Notes: a model not told the origin generated them from the sequence alone. Shown: positions 48,413-58,686, counted from the first letter of the stretch. The stretch is DNA of 64,000 nucleotides from an uncultured delta proteobacterium (GCA_963713045.1 CAVQKE010000004.1:256001-320000), one strand, 5' to 3'. A program made the numbers and translations.

Positions 48413-51073
48413 ATGGCCGACCCAGCTCCCCTGCTGACGCTCATCGACGCGTCAGGCTTCATCTTTCGCGCCTACCACGCCATCCAGAGTCTGAGCACCA
48501 GCCGCGGCGTGCCCACCAATGCGGTGTATGGCTTTACTCGGATGCTGCTCAAGACGCTGCGGGAGCTTCAACCCACGCACCTGGCGCTGGCCTTTGACTT
48601 GGAGAGCCGCAGCGGGCGCCAGGAGATTGACCCCAGCTACAAGGCCAACCGACCTGGCCCCCCGCCGGACCTGATTCCACAATTTGAGCTGGTGCGTCGG
48701 GTGGTGGAGGTGCTGCAAATCCCGGTGCTGGAATATGCCGGCTGGGAGGCGGACGACGTCATCGCCACCTTGGTGCGGGCCGCGCGGGAGCAGGGGTACC
48801 GAGTCCAAGTCGTCACCGGGGACAAGGACTTGGTGCAGTTGGTGGACGAGCGGGTGTCTCTGTATGACCCGATGTACGACCGCCACACCGGGCCCAAGGA
48901 GGCGCGGGAGCGTTTCGGCGTGGCCCCCGCGCAGATGCGCGACTACCTGGCCCTGGTCGGCGACCCCATCGACAACGTCGCCAAGGTGCCCGGCATTGGG
49001 CCGAAGACGGCGGTGGAACTCATCCAGGAGTTTGGCAACGTCGAGACGCTTTTGGCCCAGCTGGACGGCGTGAAGAAGCCCAAAGTGCGGGAAGCCTTGC
49101 GCGCCCACGCCGACTCCCTTCGCCGTTCCAAGAAGCTGGTCTCCGTCCGTGACGACTTGCCCATTGAGACGGACCTCGGCCGCCTGGAGCGTCGGGCCAT
49201 TCTCGGCGAAGAGGCGCGGGCGCTTTTCACAGAGCTCGAGTTCTACAAGCTACTTCAAGAGATGCCGGCCTCGCCTCAGCCGATGCTGGCCCTGCGGCCA
49301 ACGCGCGTGGTGCGGCGCGCGGAGGAACTGGCCTCCGTACTGGAGGCGGTGCGGCAGGAGGGTGGCGCGGCCTTCGTTCCGGCCTTCACCGGGCGCCCCG
49401 CCACCGGGAAGCTGGTGGGGCTGGCACTCGCCTGGGACGAGGAGGCCGTCTACCTGCCCCTTGGGCACCAGGGCGAAAACCTTCCCCTTGGTGCTTTCCG
49501 GGAATTGGTGGGTGGGGTGTTGGCAGACCCGGACGTTGGCAAGGACGGGCATGACCTCAAGACGCTGGGAAACCTGCTCGGCACCCTCAACCTCGAGCTT
49601 TCCGGAGTCCGAGCCGATGTCGAACTCCTCAGCTACCTGCTGAACCCCTCGCGTCGCGAGCACGCGCTGGAGGACTTGGCGCGAGAGCGGCTCCGGCTGG
49701 AGCTCCCGCCGGCCTTGCACACCCCCGCTGGCCGAAAGGAAGCGGCCACCTTCGCTGACCGCTTCAGCGAGGAGGTGGCGGAGGCCTTCGGAGCGCGCGC
49801 CCAGGCCGTCCGCCGTCTGGCCGTGCAGCTGTGGCAAGAGGTGGACAGCGCGCAGCTTGGGCCGCTGGCGCGCACCCTGGAGTTGCCGCTGGTGCCGGTG
49901 CTCAGCCGGATGGAGCGCTTCGGCGTCCGAATCGACACGGCCGTGTTGAACGAAATCTCTCGCGACGTCGACGCCCAGTGCGCGGCCCAGGAAGCCGAGT
50001 TGCAGCGTCTCGCCGGGCGCGAATTCAACGTCAATAGCAACCTTCAACTGGCCCAGGTGCTGTATGCCGAGTTGAAGCTTCCGGTGCTGAAGCGCGGGAA
50101 GACCGGCCCCTCCACCGATGCGGACGTCTTGGAAAAGCTGGCCGAGCAGCATCCCTTGCCGAAGGTGCTGCTCGACTACCGGATGCTTTCCAAGTTGAAA
50201 AGCACCTACCTGGATGCGCTTGGCCCCTTGGTGGCGGCCGACGGGCGGCTGCATACCACGTTTCACCAAGCCGCCACGGCGACTGGTCGACTCTCCTCCT
50301 CGGACCCCAACCTTCAAAACATCCCGGTCCGGACCGACATCGGACGTTCCATCCGCCGGGCCTTCGTCGCGGACCCGGGTTGGAGTCTGTTGTCGGCCGA
50401 CTACAGCCAAGTCGAGCTGCGCATTCTGGCCCACATCGCCGAGGACCCGGCGCTCATCGAAGCCTTCCGTGCCGACCAGGACATCCACCAGCGCACGGCG
50501 GCGGAAGTCTTCGGGGTTTCCGCAGAACAGGTGTCGAGCGAGCAGCGGCGGGTGGCCAAAATGGTGAATTTCGGCATTGCCTACGGGCTGTCCCCCTATG
50601 GGCTGGCCAGCCGTCTGGACATTCCCCAAGAGGAGGCTGCCGCCATCATCGAGCGCTACTTCGCTCGCTACAGCGGCATTCGCCGCTACCTTGAGGAGAC
50701 GGTGGCCAAGGCTCGGCGAACCGGAGTGGTCGAGACACTTTTCGGACGGCGGCGGCTGATGGAGGACTTGCACTCCACCAACCGCGCCACGGCGCAGGCG
50801 GCGGAGCGCGCCGCCATCAACATGCCCATCCAAGGCACGGCGGCGGACCTCATCAAAATGGCCATGTTGCGGATTGACACTGGGCTGCGCGAGCGCCGCC
50901 TTCGCAGCCGGATGTTGCTCCAGGTGCACGACGAGTTGCTGCTCGAGGCGCCGTCCGAGGAGCTGGAGGAGACTTCGGCGTTGGTGCGGGCGGCGATGGC
51001 CGGGGTTGCGGCGCTGCGCGTTCCTCTCCGGGTGGATTTGGGGGTGGGCCAGAGCTGGGCGGATGCGCATTAG
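48413..51073 (+). CDS. polA: DNA polymerase I
   Basis: 5'-3' exonuclease motifs (LIDASGFIFRAYHA, YKANR, EADD, GDKD) and polymerase motifs (TGRLSSSDPNLQNIP, ADYSQVELR, AKMVNFGIAYG, QVHDEL). Confidence 0.98.
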   Translation: MADPAPLLTLIDASGFIFRAYHAIQSLSTSRGVPTNAVYGFTRMLLKTLRELQPTHLALAFDLESRSGRQEIDPSYKANRPGPPPDLIPQFELVRRVVEVLQIPVLEYAGWEADDVIATLVRAAREQGYRVQVVTGDKDLVQLVDERVSLYDPMYDRHTGPKEARERFGVAPAQMRDYLALVGDPIDNVAKVPGIGPKTAVELIQEFGNVETLLAQLDGVKKPKVREALRAHADSLRRSKKLVSVRDDLPIETDLGRLERRAILGEEARALFTELEFYKLLQEMPASPQPMLALRPTRVVRRAEELASVLEAVRQEGGAAFVPAFTGRPATGKLVGLALAWDEEAVYLPLGHQGENLPLGAFRELVGGVLADPDVGKDGHDLKTLGNLLGTLNLELSGVRADVELLSYLLNPSRREHALEDLARERLRLELPPALHTPAGRKEAATFADRFSEEVAEAFGARAQAVRRLAVQLWQEVDSAQLGPLARTLELPLVPVLSRMERFGVRIDTAVLNEISRDVDAQCAAQEAELQRLAGREFNVNSNLQLAQVLYAELKLPVLKRGKTGPSTDADVLEKLAEQHPLPKVLLDYRMLSKLKSTYLDALGPLVAADGRLHTTFHQAATATGRLSSSDPNLQNIPVRTDIGRSIRRAFVADPGWSLLSADYSQVELRILAHIAEDPALIEAFRADQDIHQRTAAEVFGVSAEQVSSEQRRVAKMVNFGIAYGLSPYGLASRLDIPQEEAAAIIERYFARYSGIRRYLEETVAKARRTGVVETLFGRRRLMEDLHSTNRATAQAAERAAINMPIQGTAADLIKMAMLRIDTGLRERRLRSRMLLQVHDELLLEAPSEELEETSALVRAAMAGVAALRVPLRVDLGVGQSWADAH

Positions 51074-51151
51074 ACCCCCAGGGGGTCCGCCCAGCCACAG
51101 TCAAGAATGCGACGTTGTCGGGGTCGCCGGGCTAGACTCCCCCACTCGACG

Positions 51152-52966
51152 ATGGCCGAGCGCCCCAAGTCCGCCGAACCGGGCTCTCCTGCCGGGCTTC
51201 TGAGCGGGCTCACCGACAAACTGCAGGAACTCGAGTCCGCAGTCCTGCGGCAAGCGGAGCGTTTTAGCGCCGTGCTGGAGATTGGCACCACGCTCGCCTC
51301 GGCGCGCGACGTGGACGCCATTCTCCGTACCGTTGTCGAGCGTCTGAGTTCGCTGTTGGGAGCCGAAGCCGCGACGCTCTTCATGTTGGACGCCCAGAAG
51401 CAGGAGCTCTGGAGCCGCGTATTGCGCGGTTCTTCGCTGGACGAAATTCGCCTGCCGCTGGGCACCGGCATTGCCGGGCATGTGGTGGCCACCGGAGAGA
51501 GTCTGCTGCTGGGGGACGCCTATTCGGACAGCCGCTTCCATCCCAACATTGACCGTCAGTCGGGCTTCAGCACCCGCAGCATGGTGGCCGTCCCGCTGAA
51601 GCATGTCAGCGGTCGCATCCTCGGCGTGGTGGAGGTCCTCCACACCCGGGTCAACGCCTTCACCCCGGACGACCTCGCGCTGGTGGAGGCGGTGGCCACC
51701 CAGATTGCCGCGGTGTTGGACAACGTCCTTTTGTACGAGGAGCTGCGCGCCCAGAACGAAGAGCTGCGAAAGGCCAAGTCCGAACTCTCCGAAGCCTTGA
51801 AGGACCTCGACCTCCTCTTTGAAGTGGAGAAGTCGGTCAGTTCTGCCGAGAAGCAGAGTGACCTGCTGGACGGCATTTTGGCCAAGGCCACTGCCACGCT
51901 GGGCGCGTCGGCAGCTTCCATCCTGCTCGCCGAACAAGACGCCGGGGCGCTCTACTTCAAGAGCGTCACCGGAGAGAAGGCCGAGTCCCTCAAGTCGGTG
52001 AAGCTGCGGCCGGGGCAGGGGATTGCCGGCCACGTGGCGCTGACCGGTCAGGCCGTCCGCGTGACGCTGGCCCAGGCTTCACCGCACTATGACGAGAGCG
52101 TCTCCAGGCGGCTCGGCGTGAAGACGGATGCTGTCCTGTGCGTCCCCATCCGCACCGAGGACCAAGTGGTGGGCGCACTGGAGCTCCTCAACAAGCCCGG
52201 CGGCTTCACCGAGACCGACGAACGGCTCGCAACGCTGCTGGCCGGCCAGGCCGGGCGAGCCATCCAATTGCGGAGAAACCGGGAGGAGGGCGAGCGTCGC
52301 GCGCGGCTGGCGGCCATTGGGCAAATGCTGTCCGGAGTGGTGCACGACTTCCGCACTCCGTTGACGGTCATCAGCGGCTACACCGAGTTGATGTCCGCCG
52401 AGCCAGACGAGAAACAGCGTCAGGCCTACCTCTCGGTGGTGGACAAGCAGTTCGAGCACCTCAACGGAATGATGCGCGAGACGCTGGCCTTTGCCCGCGG
52501 GGAGCGCGAGCTCTTCCTACGCAAAGTGTATCTGCAGAAGTTCGCCTCGGAGATTGAGGAGTACTTGAGGCAGGAATTCCGTAAGTCCCCGGTGCGCTTG
52601 CAGGTGGTGCCGCGCTACACCGGGCCAGCCCGCTTCGATGAGAGCAAGCTGCGGCGAGTCGTCTTCAACATTGCCCGAAATGCAGTGGAGGCCATGCCCG
52701 ACGGCGGAAACTTCCTCTTCAGCATCGACCGGGAGGAGGACGACCTCGTCTTGCGCTTTGAGGACGACGGGCCGGGCATCCCCCCTGAAATCGCCAACCG
52801 CCTCTTCGAGTCGTTCAGCACCGCGGGCCGGACTGAGGGGACTGGACTCGGGCTGTCCATCGTCAAGCGAATTGCAGACGAGCACGGGGGAACCGTCCGC
52901 TGCGAAAGTGCGCCTGGGCAGGGCACGCGTTTCGAGTTTCGCGTGCCGGTCGGTCTGGCCGCCTAA
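51152..52966 (+). CDS. Cytoplasmic sensor histidine kinase with two GAF domains
   Basis: Two GAF repeats (GTGIAGHV / GQGIAGHV), H-box VVHDFRTPL, and HATPase motifs NAVEAM, DDGPGI and GTGLGL. Confidence 0.93.
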   Translation: MAERPKSAEPGSPAGLLSGLTDKLQELESAVLRQAERFSAVLEIGTTLASARDVDAILRTVVERLSSLLGAEAATLFMLDAQKQELWSRVLRGSSLDEIRLPLGTGIAGHVVATGESLLLGDAYSDSRFHPNIDRQSGFSTRSMVAVPLKHVSGRILGVVEVLHTRVNAFTPDDLALVEAVATQIAAVLDNVLLYEELRAQNEELRKAKSELSEALKDLDLLFEVEKSVSSAEKQSDLLDGILAKATATLGASAASILLAEQDAGALYFKSVTGEKAESLKSVKLRPGQGIAGHVALTGQAVRVTLAQASPHYDESVSRRLGVKTDAVLCVPIRTEDQVVGALELLNKPGGFTETDERLATLLAGQAGRAIQLRRNREEGERRARLAAIGQMLSGVVHDFRTPLTVISGYTELMSAEPDEKQRQAYLSVVDKQFEHLNGMMRETLAFARGERELFLRKVYLQKFASEIEEYLRQEFRKSPVRLQVVPRYTGPARFDESKLRRVVFNIARNAVEAMPDGGNFLFSIDREEDDLVLRFEDDGPGIPPEIANRLFESFSTAGRTEGTGLGLSIVKRIADEHGGTVRCESAPGQGTRFEFRVPVGLAA

Positions 52967-53035
52967 GGCCGGCTGCGACGTCCGCGCGGTGGGGGCTCCG
53001 GGCCGCGTCCCGGGGCTCAACCGAGCCCATTTACC

Positions 53036-53485
53036 TCAACGCTCCTTGTCGCGCTCCAGGACCTCCGCGTCGAGCAAGTCTTTCGGGCGCCCGGTGGCGC
53101 GTTTGTTCCGGAGAAGCTCATCGCGTCCAATGACGGGAAATGTCAGTCCCTCGAGAAGGGCATTGGTGCGCGACTGCCAAGCCTCTTCGAAGGAGAGAGC
53201 AGAGAGACTGGTGAGAATGTCGATGCGCGCCGGCGCAACGCCGATTTGAAAGACCACGCCGGGCTCGGAGAGGTCCTTCAACGTCACTTGGTGGAGGGGA
53301 GCGCCGAAGCGCCCCAGCGCAGCGTAAGCCTTCTGGGCATTGTCGGCCGTAGAGTCAATCCACAACCCCAGGTCGCCGGTCCCGCGCGGATGGCCGTGGA
53401 AGGCGAGCGCATAAGCACCGACCAGCAAGAAACGGACGTCACCGTCGACGAAGGAGCGCAGTATGTCGACGAAGTTCGGGTCCAA
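53036..53485 (-). CDS. Minimal nucleotidyltransferase-fold protein (DUF6036-like)
   Basis: FLLVGAYALAFHGHPRGTGDL, IDILT and NKRATGRPKDLLD. TTG 53485 preceded by GGGAG. Confidence 0.8.
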   Translation of the reverse strand: MDPNFVDILRSFVDGDVRFLLVGAYALAFHGHPRGTGDLGLWIDSTADNAQKAYAALGRFGAPLHQVTLKDLSEPGVVFQIGVAPARIDILTSLSALSFEEAWQSRTNALLEGLTFPVIGRDELLRNKRATGRPKDLLDAEVLERDKER

Positions 53486-53672
53486 GAGGAATCTCCCGTC
53501 CGGCGAGTCTCCATTGCTCGACGCTGAGCCTCCAGGCAAATGCCAGCCGCTCATTCGGAGGAATGCAGCTCCAGTACCAGTCGTCGGAGACATCCAAGGC
53601 CGGCCTGTCAGGGGCTCTCCTGACTAACCGGGTCGTGGAGGTTGCCAGTCGGTTGCGTGCAGCGGCATCCAT
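53439..53672 (-). CDS. Small protein overlapping the nucleotidyltransferase gene (putative partner or antitoxin)
   Basis: 77 aa, with DDWYWSCIPPNERLAFAWRLS. GGAG upstream of the ATG. Overlaps the start of the downstream gene. Confidence 0.65.
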   Translation of the reverse strand: MDAAARNRLATSTTRLVRRAPDRPALDVSDDWYWSCIPPNERLAFAWRLSVEQWRLAGREIPLGPELRRHTALLRRR

Positions 53673-53856
53673 GGACGGGTGACTATAGCTCCTCTGGTGG
53701 ACGCCACGGCGAGGGGCTTGGTGTTGGCGGTCGCGGCGAGCACCTCGAGGATACTGGCGACGGGGCCGCCCGAGCGCACAATGCGCGGCTTAGCCCGGGA
53801 CGAGAAATTCCGAGGCCTGGCGCACGGCTCGAATGTAGCCCAGGGAGGAGGAAGCC

Positions 53857-54384
53857 TCAGCTTTCGGTGCCGCCGGCCTTCTTCGGTGCAAGGAAGCTGA
53901 TGTTGTCCTCCATCCGGGGCTCGTCGGCGGAGAAGGCAGGGCTTTGGAAGGCCTCGAGTAGCTTGGTGTGGGCGTCGATGACGGCCCTAAGGTGAGACTC
54001 GAATTGCGTCCTCTGCCGACGCAACTCGTTGATGTCCTCGATGACTTGCACCAGGCGCTGGTGGGCGGCGTGGACAATTTTCTCCGCCTGAAGCTCGGCA
54101 CCGGAGACGATGACGTCTGCCTCCTTCTTGGCAACGCCCTTGAGGTCATCTGACACGCGTTGGGCCGTCACCATGGTTTGCTGAAGCGTGCGTTCCCGCT
54201 CGAGGTGGTGCTCGAGCTGGCCTTGCACGCGCTTCAGCTCCTCCTTGAGGGCGATGTTTTCCTTCACCACCTCCTCAAATTCCGCGGATAGCAATTCGAG
54301 GAAAGCCTGGACGTCCCGACGGGCCAGACCTCGAAAGGCGGTCGCGAAGCGTTTTTGGCGAATGTCGAGGGGCGTGAATTTCAT
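53857..54384 (-). CDS. divIVA: DivIVA domain protein
   Basis: MKFTPLDIRQKRF..AFRG...DV..FL N-terminus followed by a long coiled coil. Confidence 0.88.
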   Translation of the reverse strand: MKFTPLDIRQKRFATAFRGLARRDVQAFLELLSAEFEEVVKENIALKEELKRVQGQLEHHLERERTLQQTMVTAQRVSDDLKGVAKKEADVIVSGAELQAEKIVHAAHQRLVQVIEDINELRRQRTQFESHLRAVIDAHTKLLEAFQSPAFSADEPRMEDNISFLAPKKAGGTES

Positions 54385-54491
54385 GGCGCCCTAGAGCTTA
54401 CCGCCACCCGGCATAGGCCCAAGGAAGCGGCTGTCCCACATCGGGGAAACGCCGGGGGCCGCAGTCCTCTGGCCGCCCCGGGAGGACCGGC

Positions 54492-54746
54492 TTACCTCCG
54501 AGTCCGCGGGGAGGAGCGCCCCTTGCCGGCTGTGGGCCGACGGGGAGGGGGCCTCTTCGGCTTACGGGCCTTGGCCCGAGATGCCGGCGGTGGCTGAGCC
54601 GGAGCGGAGGTTCCATCGCCGTCTGCCCCGACGACTCCTGTCCAACTGGGGGGGTCGCTCGCCGGAAACGACTCCTCGGACGTCTCGTCGACCGTGTCCA
54701 GAGGAGGGGGGGACGCGGTGCGGGACGGAGGGGGGCGGGCGGCCAT
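54492..54746 (-). CDS. Small hypothetical protein with an SEESFPASDPPSW motif
   Basis: DTVDETSEESFPASDPPSWTG matches a recurring small-protein motif, followed by a basic tail. Confidence 0.6.
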   Translation of the reverse strand: MAARPPPSRTASPPPLDTVDETSEESFPASDPPSWTGVVGADGDGTSAPAQPPPASRAKARKPKRPPPRRPTAGKGRSSPRTRR

Positions 54747-54853
54747 ACCGGTGCAGCATGGCGACGAAGGTGCCCGGTGGCAACCGGTTCTCCACGTGTG
54801 GCGACGGTGCCTCGGCGGGGCGACGGGGCGACGGGGCGGTGCACCCCCACCCT

Positions 54854-55483
54854 TTACTTCTCCTGAAGGAGGCCCCGTCGCATCGCGAAGCGCGTGACGC
54901 CCTGAGCATCGCGGAGGCCGAGCTTTCGCATCAAGCTCGTGCGGTGGCTGTCCACCGTCTTGTGGGACAGTGCCAATTCAGCGGCGATTTGGCGGTTGGT
55001 GCGCCCCTCAGCTACCCGTCGGAGGACCAGTCGCTCCCTCGGAGTGAGGCGCTCCCAAGCGAGGTCTCGTTCCTCGGTCGGTTGCTCCAGGGCCCGGGCT
55101 GCGTCCGAGTCTAGAAACGTCGAGCCGGCCGCCACCGCCATCAGCGCCGAGACGAGGGCCTCCACGCCGGCTCCCTTCACCACGTACCCAGCAGCGCCGG
55201 CGTCGAGCGCCGCCCGCACGTGGGTACCATCCGCGTGCATGGATAGCACCAGCACCCGTGTCCCGGGGTGGTGCTCGCCAACGCCACGCAGCGCCGTCAA
55301 GCCGCCTCCGTCTAGGCTGAGGTCAAGAAGGAGGACGTCCGGAGCCAGCGCAGCGACCTGTTGCAGCGCAGTGGCCGCGTCCGCCGCCTCGCCCACCACC
55401 TCGACGTCAGGCTCGGATGCCAGGACCGCGCGGACGCCGGCGCGGACCACCTCGTGGTCATCGGCGACAACCACCCGAATCAA
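54854..55483 (-). CDS. NarL/LuxR family response regulator
   Basis: Motifs IRVVVADDH, DVLLLDL, VLSMH, GYVVK and LTPRE...TVDSHRTSLMRKL. TTG start overlaps the HK stop. Confidence 0.95.
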   Translation of the reverse strand: MIRVVVADDHEVVRAGVRAVLASEPDVEVVGEAADAATALQQVAALAPDVLLLDLSLDGGGLTALRGVGEHHPGTRVLVLSMHADGTHVRAALDAGAAGYVVKGAGVEALVSALMAVAAGSTFLDSDAARALEQPTEERDLAWERLTPRERLVLRRVAEGRTNRQIAAELALSHKTVDSHRTSLMRKLGLRDAQGVTRFAMRRGLLQEK

Positions 55484-56607
55484 CTTCCACCTCCTGCCAG
55501 CGGAAGGGTGACCCGGAGACGCGCCGTTCCGAGTTCCGGCCACTCGACCGCACCGCCGAGGCCCGCCACCCGTTCGCGGATGGAGGTACAGCTTGCCGCC
55601 TCGCCAAACCCGCGGCCATCGTCATCGACTTCCAGGGCCAGCGTGGTGGCGTCGGCCTGCAGGCGGACGACGGCGTGGGAAGCGGCGGCATGCCGAACGG
55701 TGTTGTGCAGTGCCTCTTGTGCAATGCGGTACACCGCCGTCTGGAGCGCTGGCGGAAGCTCCGGAAAGGTGCTGGGCGCCTCGAGGGAAATGTCCACCCC
55801 CGTCGCCTCGGAGTAGGTGGCGCAGTGGCGCTCGAGAGCCCCGAGGAGGCCGAACTCCGCGAGGGGCGCCGGCAAGAGGGCCGAGGTGGAGCGCCGAACT
55901 TCTTCCAAGGCCTCGTCGAGGTGTCGTTCCACCGCGGCAGCCGCGGTGGCGCTCAAACCCTGATGGCGCAGTGCCAAGACTTGCAGTCGAGCGGCGGTCA
56001 GCGCTTGGCCGGCGCCGTCATGCAGCTCTCGGGCAATGCGACGACGCTCCTCTTCTTGAAGCGCCACCCGGCGCTCCGCGAGGAGCGCGGCGATGCGCGT
56101 CTCTGCCCGCGTCACCGTGCGCAGTGGGTACAGGTAGAGGGCTGCGCCCAGGACGAGGGCCAACAGGGCGCAGAAGAAGACCACCACCCAGGTACTCGTC
56201 CACAGAGGCCGGAGGCTCTGGCCAACCCACACCGAGGCGAGCCGTTGGCCAGCCACCACCACGTCGGCGCGACCCCACACGACTGGCCCGTGGGGGAGTT
56301 GACCGAGGTCCACGCGCCGTCCAGCGACATCCCGGACTTCGAGGCCGTCCAAGTGGCCGAGACCTGCGTCCTGGAGTTGCTCGGCGAGTTTTGCCGCGTC
56401 GTAACGCCAGAGGAGCGGTCGGGCACCCATTGCCCGCTCCAGCACGCGCCCCACTTGCGCTGCAGCGCCGCGGGCCCCGCTTGCGAGCTCGCGTCGGCCC
56501 TCCAGGTGGAAAGCAAGTGGCACGGCGGCGGCAAAAAGGCCGGTACTGACAAGCACCAGCGGAATGAGCCGCCTTGCGAAGGGGCGGGCCAAGTCAACGC
56601 GAATCAT
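55480..56607 (-). CDS. Membrane sensor histidine kinase (HisKA_3/NarX type)
   Basis: Two transmembrane segments, plus EERRRIARELHD, YRIAQEALHN and DDDGRGF. Confidence 0.92.
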   Translation of the reverse strand: MIRVDLARPFARRLIPLVLVSTGLFAAAVPLAFHLEGRRELASGARGAAAQVGRVLERAMGARPLLWRYDAAKLAEQLQDAGLGHLDGLEVRDVAGRRVDLGQLPHGPVVWGRADVVVAGQRLASVWVGQSLRPLWTSTWVVVFFCALLALVLGAALYLYPLRTVTRAETRIAALLAERRVALQEEERRRIARELHDGAGQALTAARLQVLALRHQGLSATAAAAVERHLDEALEEVRRSTSALLPAPLAEFGLLGALERHCATYSEATGVDISLEAPSTFPELPPALQTAVYRIAQEALHNTVRHAAASHAVVRLQADATTLALEVDDDGRGFGEAASCTSIRERVAGLGGAVEWPELGTARLRVTLPLAGGGS

Positions 56608-57467
56608 CGCGGAGCCTGGGGAAGTGGCAGGTAGCCCGCCACACGCGTCACTGCGCGTCCCTCCGGCGATGCCAGGAAGGCCAGGAACGGCGAGAGGCGC
56701 GCCCGGCGCTCGGGACGAAACACCACCGCCAAGGTGCGCACCGCTGGCCAGCTGCGGTCAGCGAGGGCGTCCACCGAGGGACGAAGCCCTTCCAGCGCCA
56801 AGGGGTGCAGCGGGAGCCCCCAGCTAAGGACAGCACCGAAGCTGAAAACGCCGACGGCGTGGGGTGTCGTCAACAGCGCGTAGGCCATAGCGTCGTCGTG
56901 TACCAAGACGGGGAAACGGGCGGCGGCTGCGCCCGATTCGCGGAGCGGACGAAGTTCGGGGAAGGCAGCTTCTAAAGCGTCATTGGCGGTTTCCTGGGCG
57001 TCCCGCAGCAGCAGCGTAAGGCCGCTCGAGCGCTCACCGGCGTACAGCCGACGCAGTTCACCGCGGGTGAGGCCTTGGCGCTCTACGTCCGGAGCTGCAG
57101 CGAGGACCACCGCATCGAGTGCGAGCGGAATGAACTCCAACGACTTGTCTTCGGTGGGACGCAGGCCTCTGCCCACCAATCCAAGGTCGACGGCGCCGTC
57201 GGCGGCGGCTGCCAGTCCGCCGGCGCTGCCGACGCTGGGCTCGACGTGCACCGGGAGGGCAGGGTGTCTAGCCGCATAAGCCCGGGCCAGCGCCTGGAGC
57301 AATGGCGTGGCTGCCCCAGAACCCATCGCCAAAATGGCATCAGGAGTCGGGGCGAGCACGCCACTGGCCGGAGCCGGAGCCGGTGGAGGCGGGTCTCCCG
57401 CGCAGCCGGTGAGGAGCGCGAACGGGAGAAGAAGTGCCGCAAGACCTTGGGGGCGGGGCGGAAACAA
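56604..57467 (-). CDS. PstS-like substrate-binding lipoprotein
   Basis: Lipobox LTGC, plus GSGAATP, SVGSAGG, VDLGLVGR, ALDAVV and FLAFLASPEG. The stop overlaps the HK ATG. Confidence 0.8.
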   Translation of the reverse strand: MFPPRPQGLAALLLPFALLTGCAGDPPPPAPAPASGVLAPTPDAILAMGSGAATPLLQALARAYAARHPALPVHVEPSVGSAGGLAAAADGAVDLGLVGRGLRPTEDKSLEFIPLALDAVVLAAAPDVERQGLTRGELRRLYAGERSSGLTLLLRDAQETANDALEAAFPELRPLRESGAAAARFPVLVHDDAMAYALLTTPHAVGVFSFGAVLSWGLPLHPLALEGLRPSVDALADRSWPAVRTLAVVFRPERRARLSPFLAFLASPEGRAVTRVAGYLPLPQAPR

Positions 57468-57724
57468 CCAACTTCAAGTCTACTCCTCCTGGAGCGCGGC
57501 CCGCTAAAATGCCTGGTGTCAGGCGGGTCTCGACTCCGTTCCGAAACCCGCGGTTGGCCATGTTCAGGGAAGAGCCGCCCGGGGATGCCTCCGAGGTCGA
57601 TGGGGTCCAGCTTTGCCATGGTCGCGACGGCGAGCGCGCCGGGTGCGTCGAGCGGCATCTGGCAGGCGTCGGATGTGCTATGTCTCACCCGGCAAACACG
57701 CCGCGCCAGCGCGGGGGGCTCGTC

Positions 57725-58565
57725 ATGCAGGGGATTCGCGTCTCGTGCTGTGGACTGCCGCTCGGTTTGCTTGTTGCCCTCGTTTCCACGAGTGCAGTGG
57801 CGCAGGTTCCGACGCCGGAACCGGTCACCGACCAGGAGACCGAGCTCGGCAAGGCGACCTACGACCAGCTCAGGAAGAGAGCGGGAATCATCCAGTCCTC
57901 GCCGCTCTACGACAACCTGAAGCCAATCGCGGATGCCATCGCCAAGGTGGCTCAGTCACGGTACCCGCACCCGTTCAAGTTCTACCTCGTCCACGAGGCG
58001 CAGCCGAACGCCTTCGCTACGCCGGGAGGCAACGTTTACGTTGTCGACTCACTGCTTCACTTCGTGAAGAACACCGAGCAGCTGGCGGGGACGCTCTGCC
58101 ACGAGGTCTCGCACACCATCCATCGGGACTCGATCACCCTCTTGAACAAGAACAGGCACCTCACGGAGGCCGAGGTCGCCGGAGCAATCCTGGTGGGGGC
58201 GACCAGAGCGGGAGATCATCGCCCTCTTCCTGCTCGGCCGCCTGCAGTCCCTGGGATACTCGCGCGACGCCGAGTCCAAGGCCGACCTGACCGGCTCGGA
58301 CATCTGCGCTGAGGCTGGGTACAACCCCTGGGGGCTGGTCTGGCTGTTCCGGGATTTCCAAAAGGCCGACGTGCATCAGATTCCCCAGCTGCTCTCGGAC
58401 CATCCGGCGAACAGCACGCGGGTCACTACGCTGGAGAAGCATTTCAAGGACAACCCCGGGACGTTCTCGAAGTTCAATTCCGACCCCAAGTCCGCCACGC
58501 CGTTCCGCGTTCCGGTGGATGCCCCCGTGGTCTTCCTGCCTCCGGCGGCTATCCCGGCGCAGTAA
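57725..58565 (+). pseudogene. M48 family metalloprotease interrupted by a +1 frameshift near 58210-58212
   Basis: Signal peptide, PNAFATPGG and LCHEVSH (HExxH) lie in one frame. YSRDAESKAD and LSDHP continue in the +1 frame to the stop at 58565. Confidence 0.8.
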
Positions 58566-58686
58566 GTTCCTGCCGCGGAACTCCGTCCACGTCACCGGCT
58601 ACTTCCGCTTGCCGCCGGAAGCGGTGGTGGAGATTGGCCGCGAAATTGTCATCTAGGCGTGGCGCTACCCAAAGGCCCGGGCCGCA

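Noticed and set aside
53857..54384. DivIVA in a diderm bacterium as a novelty
   Set aside because: DivIVA homologues are already known in Myxococcota and Bdellovibrionota.
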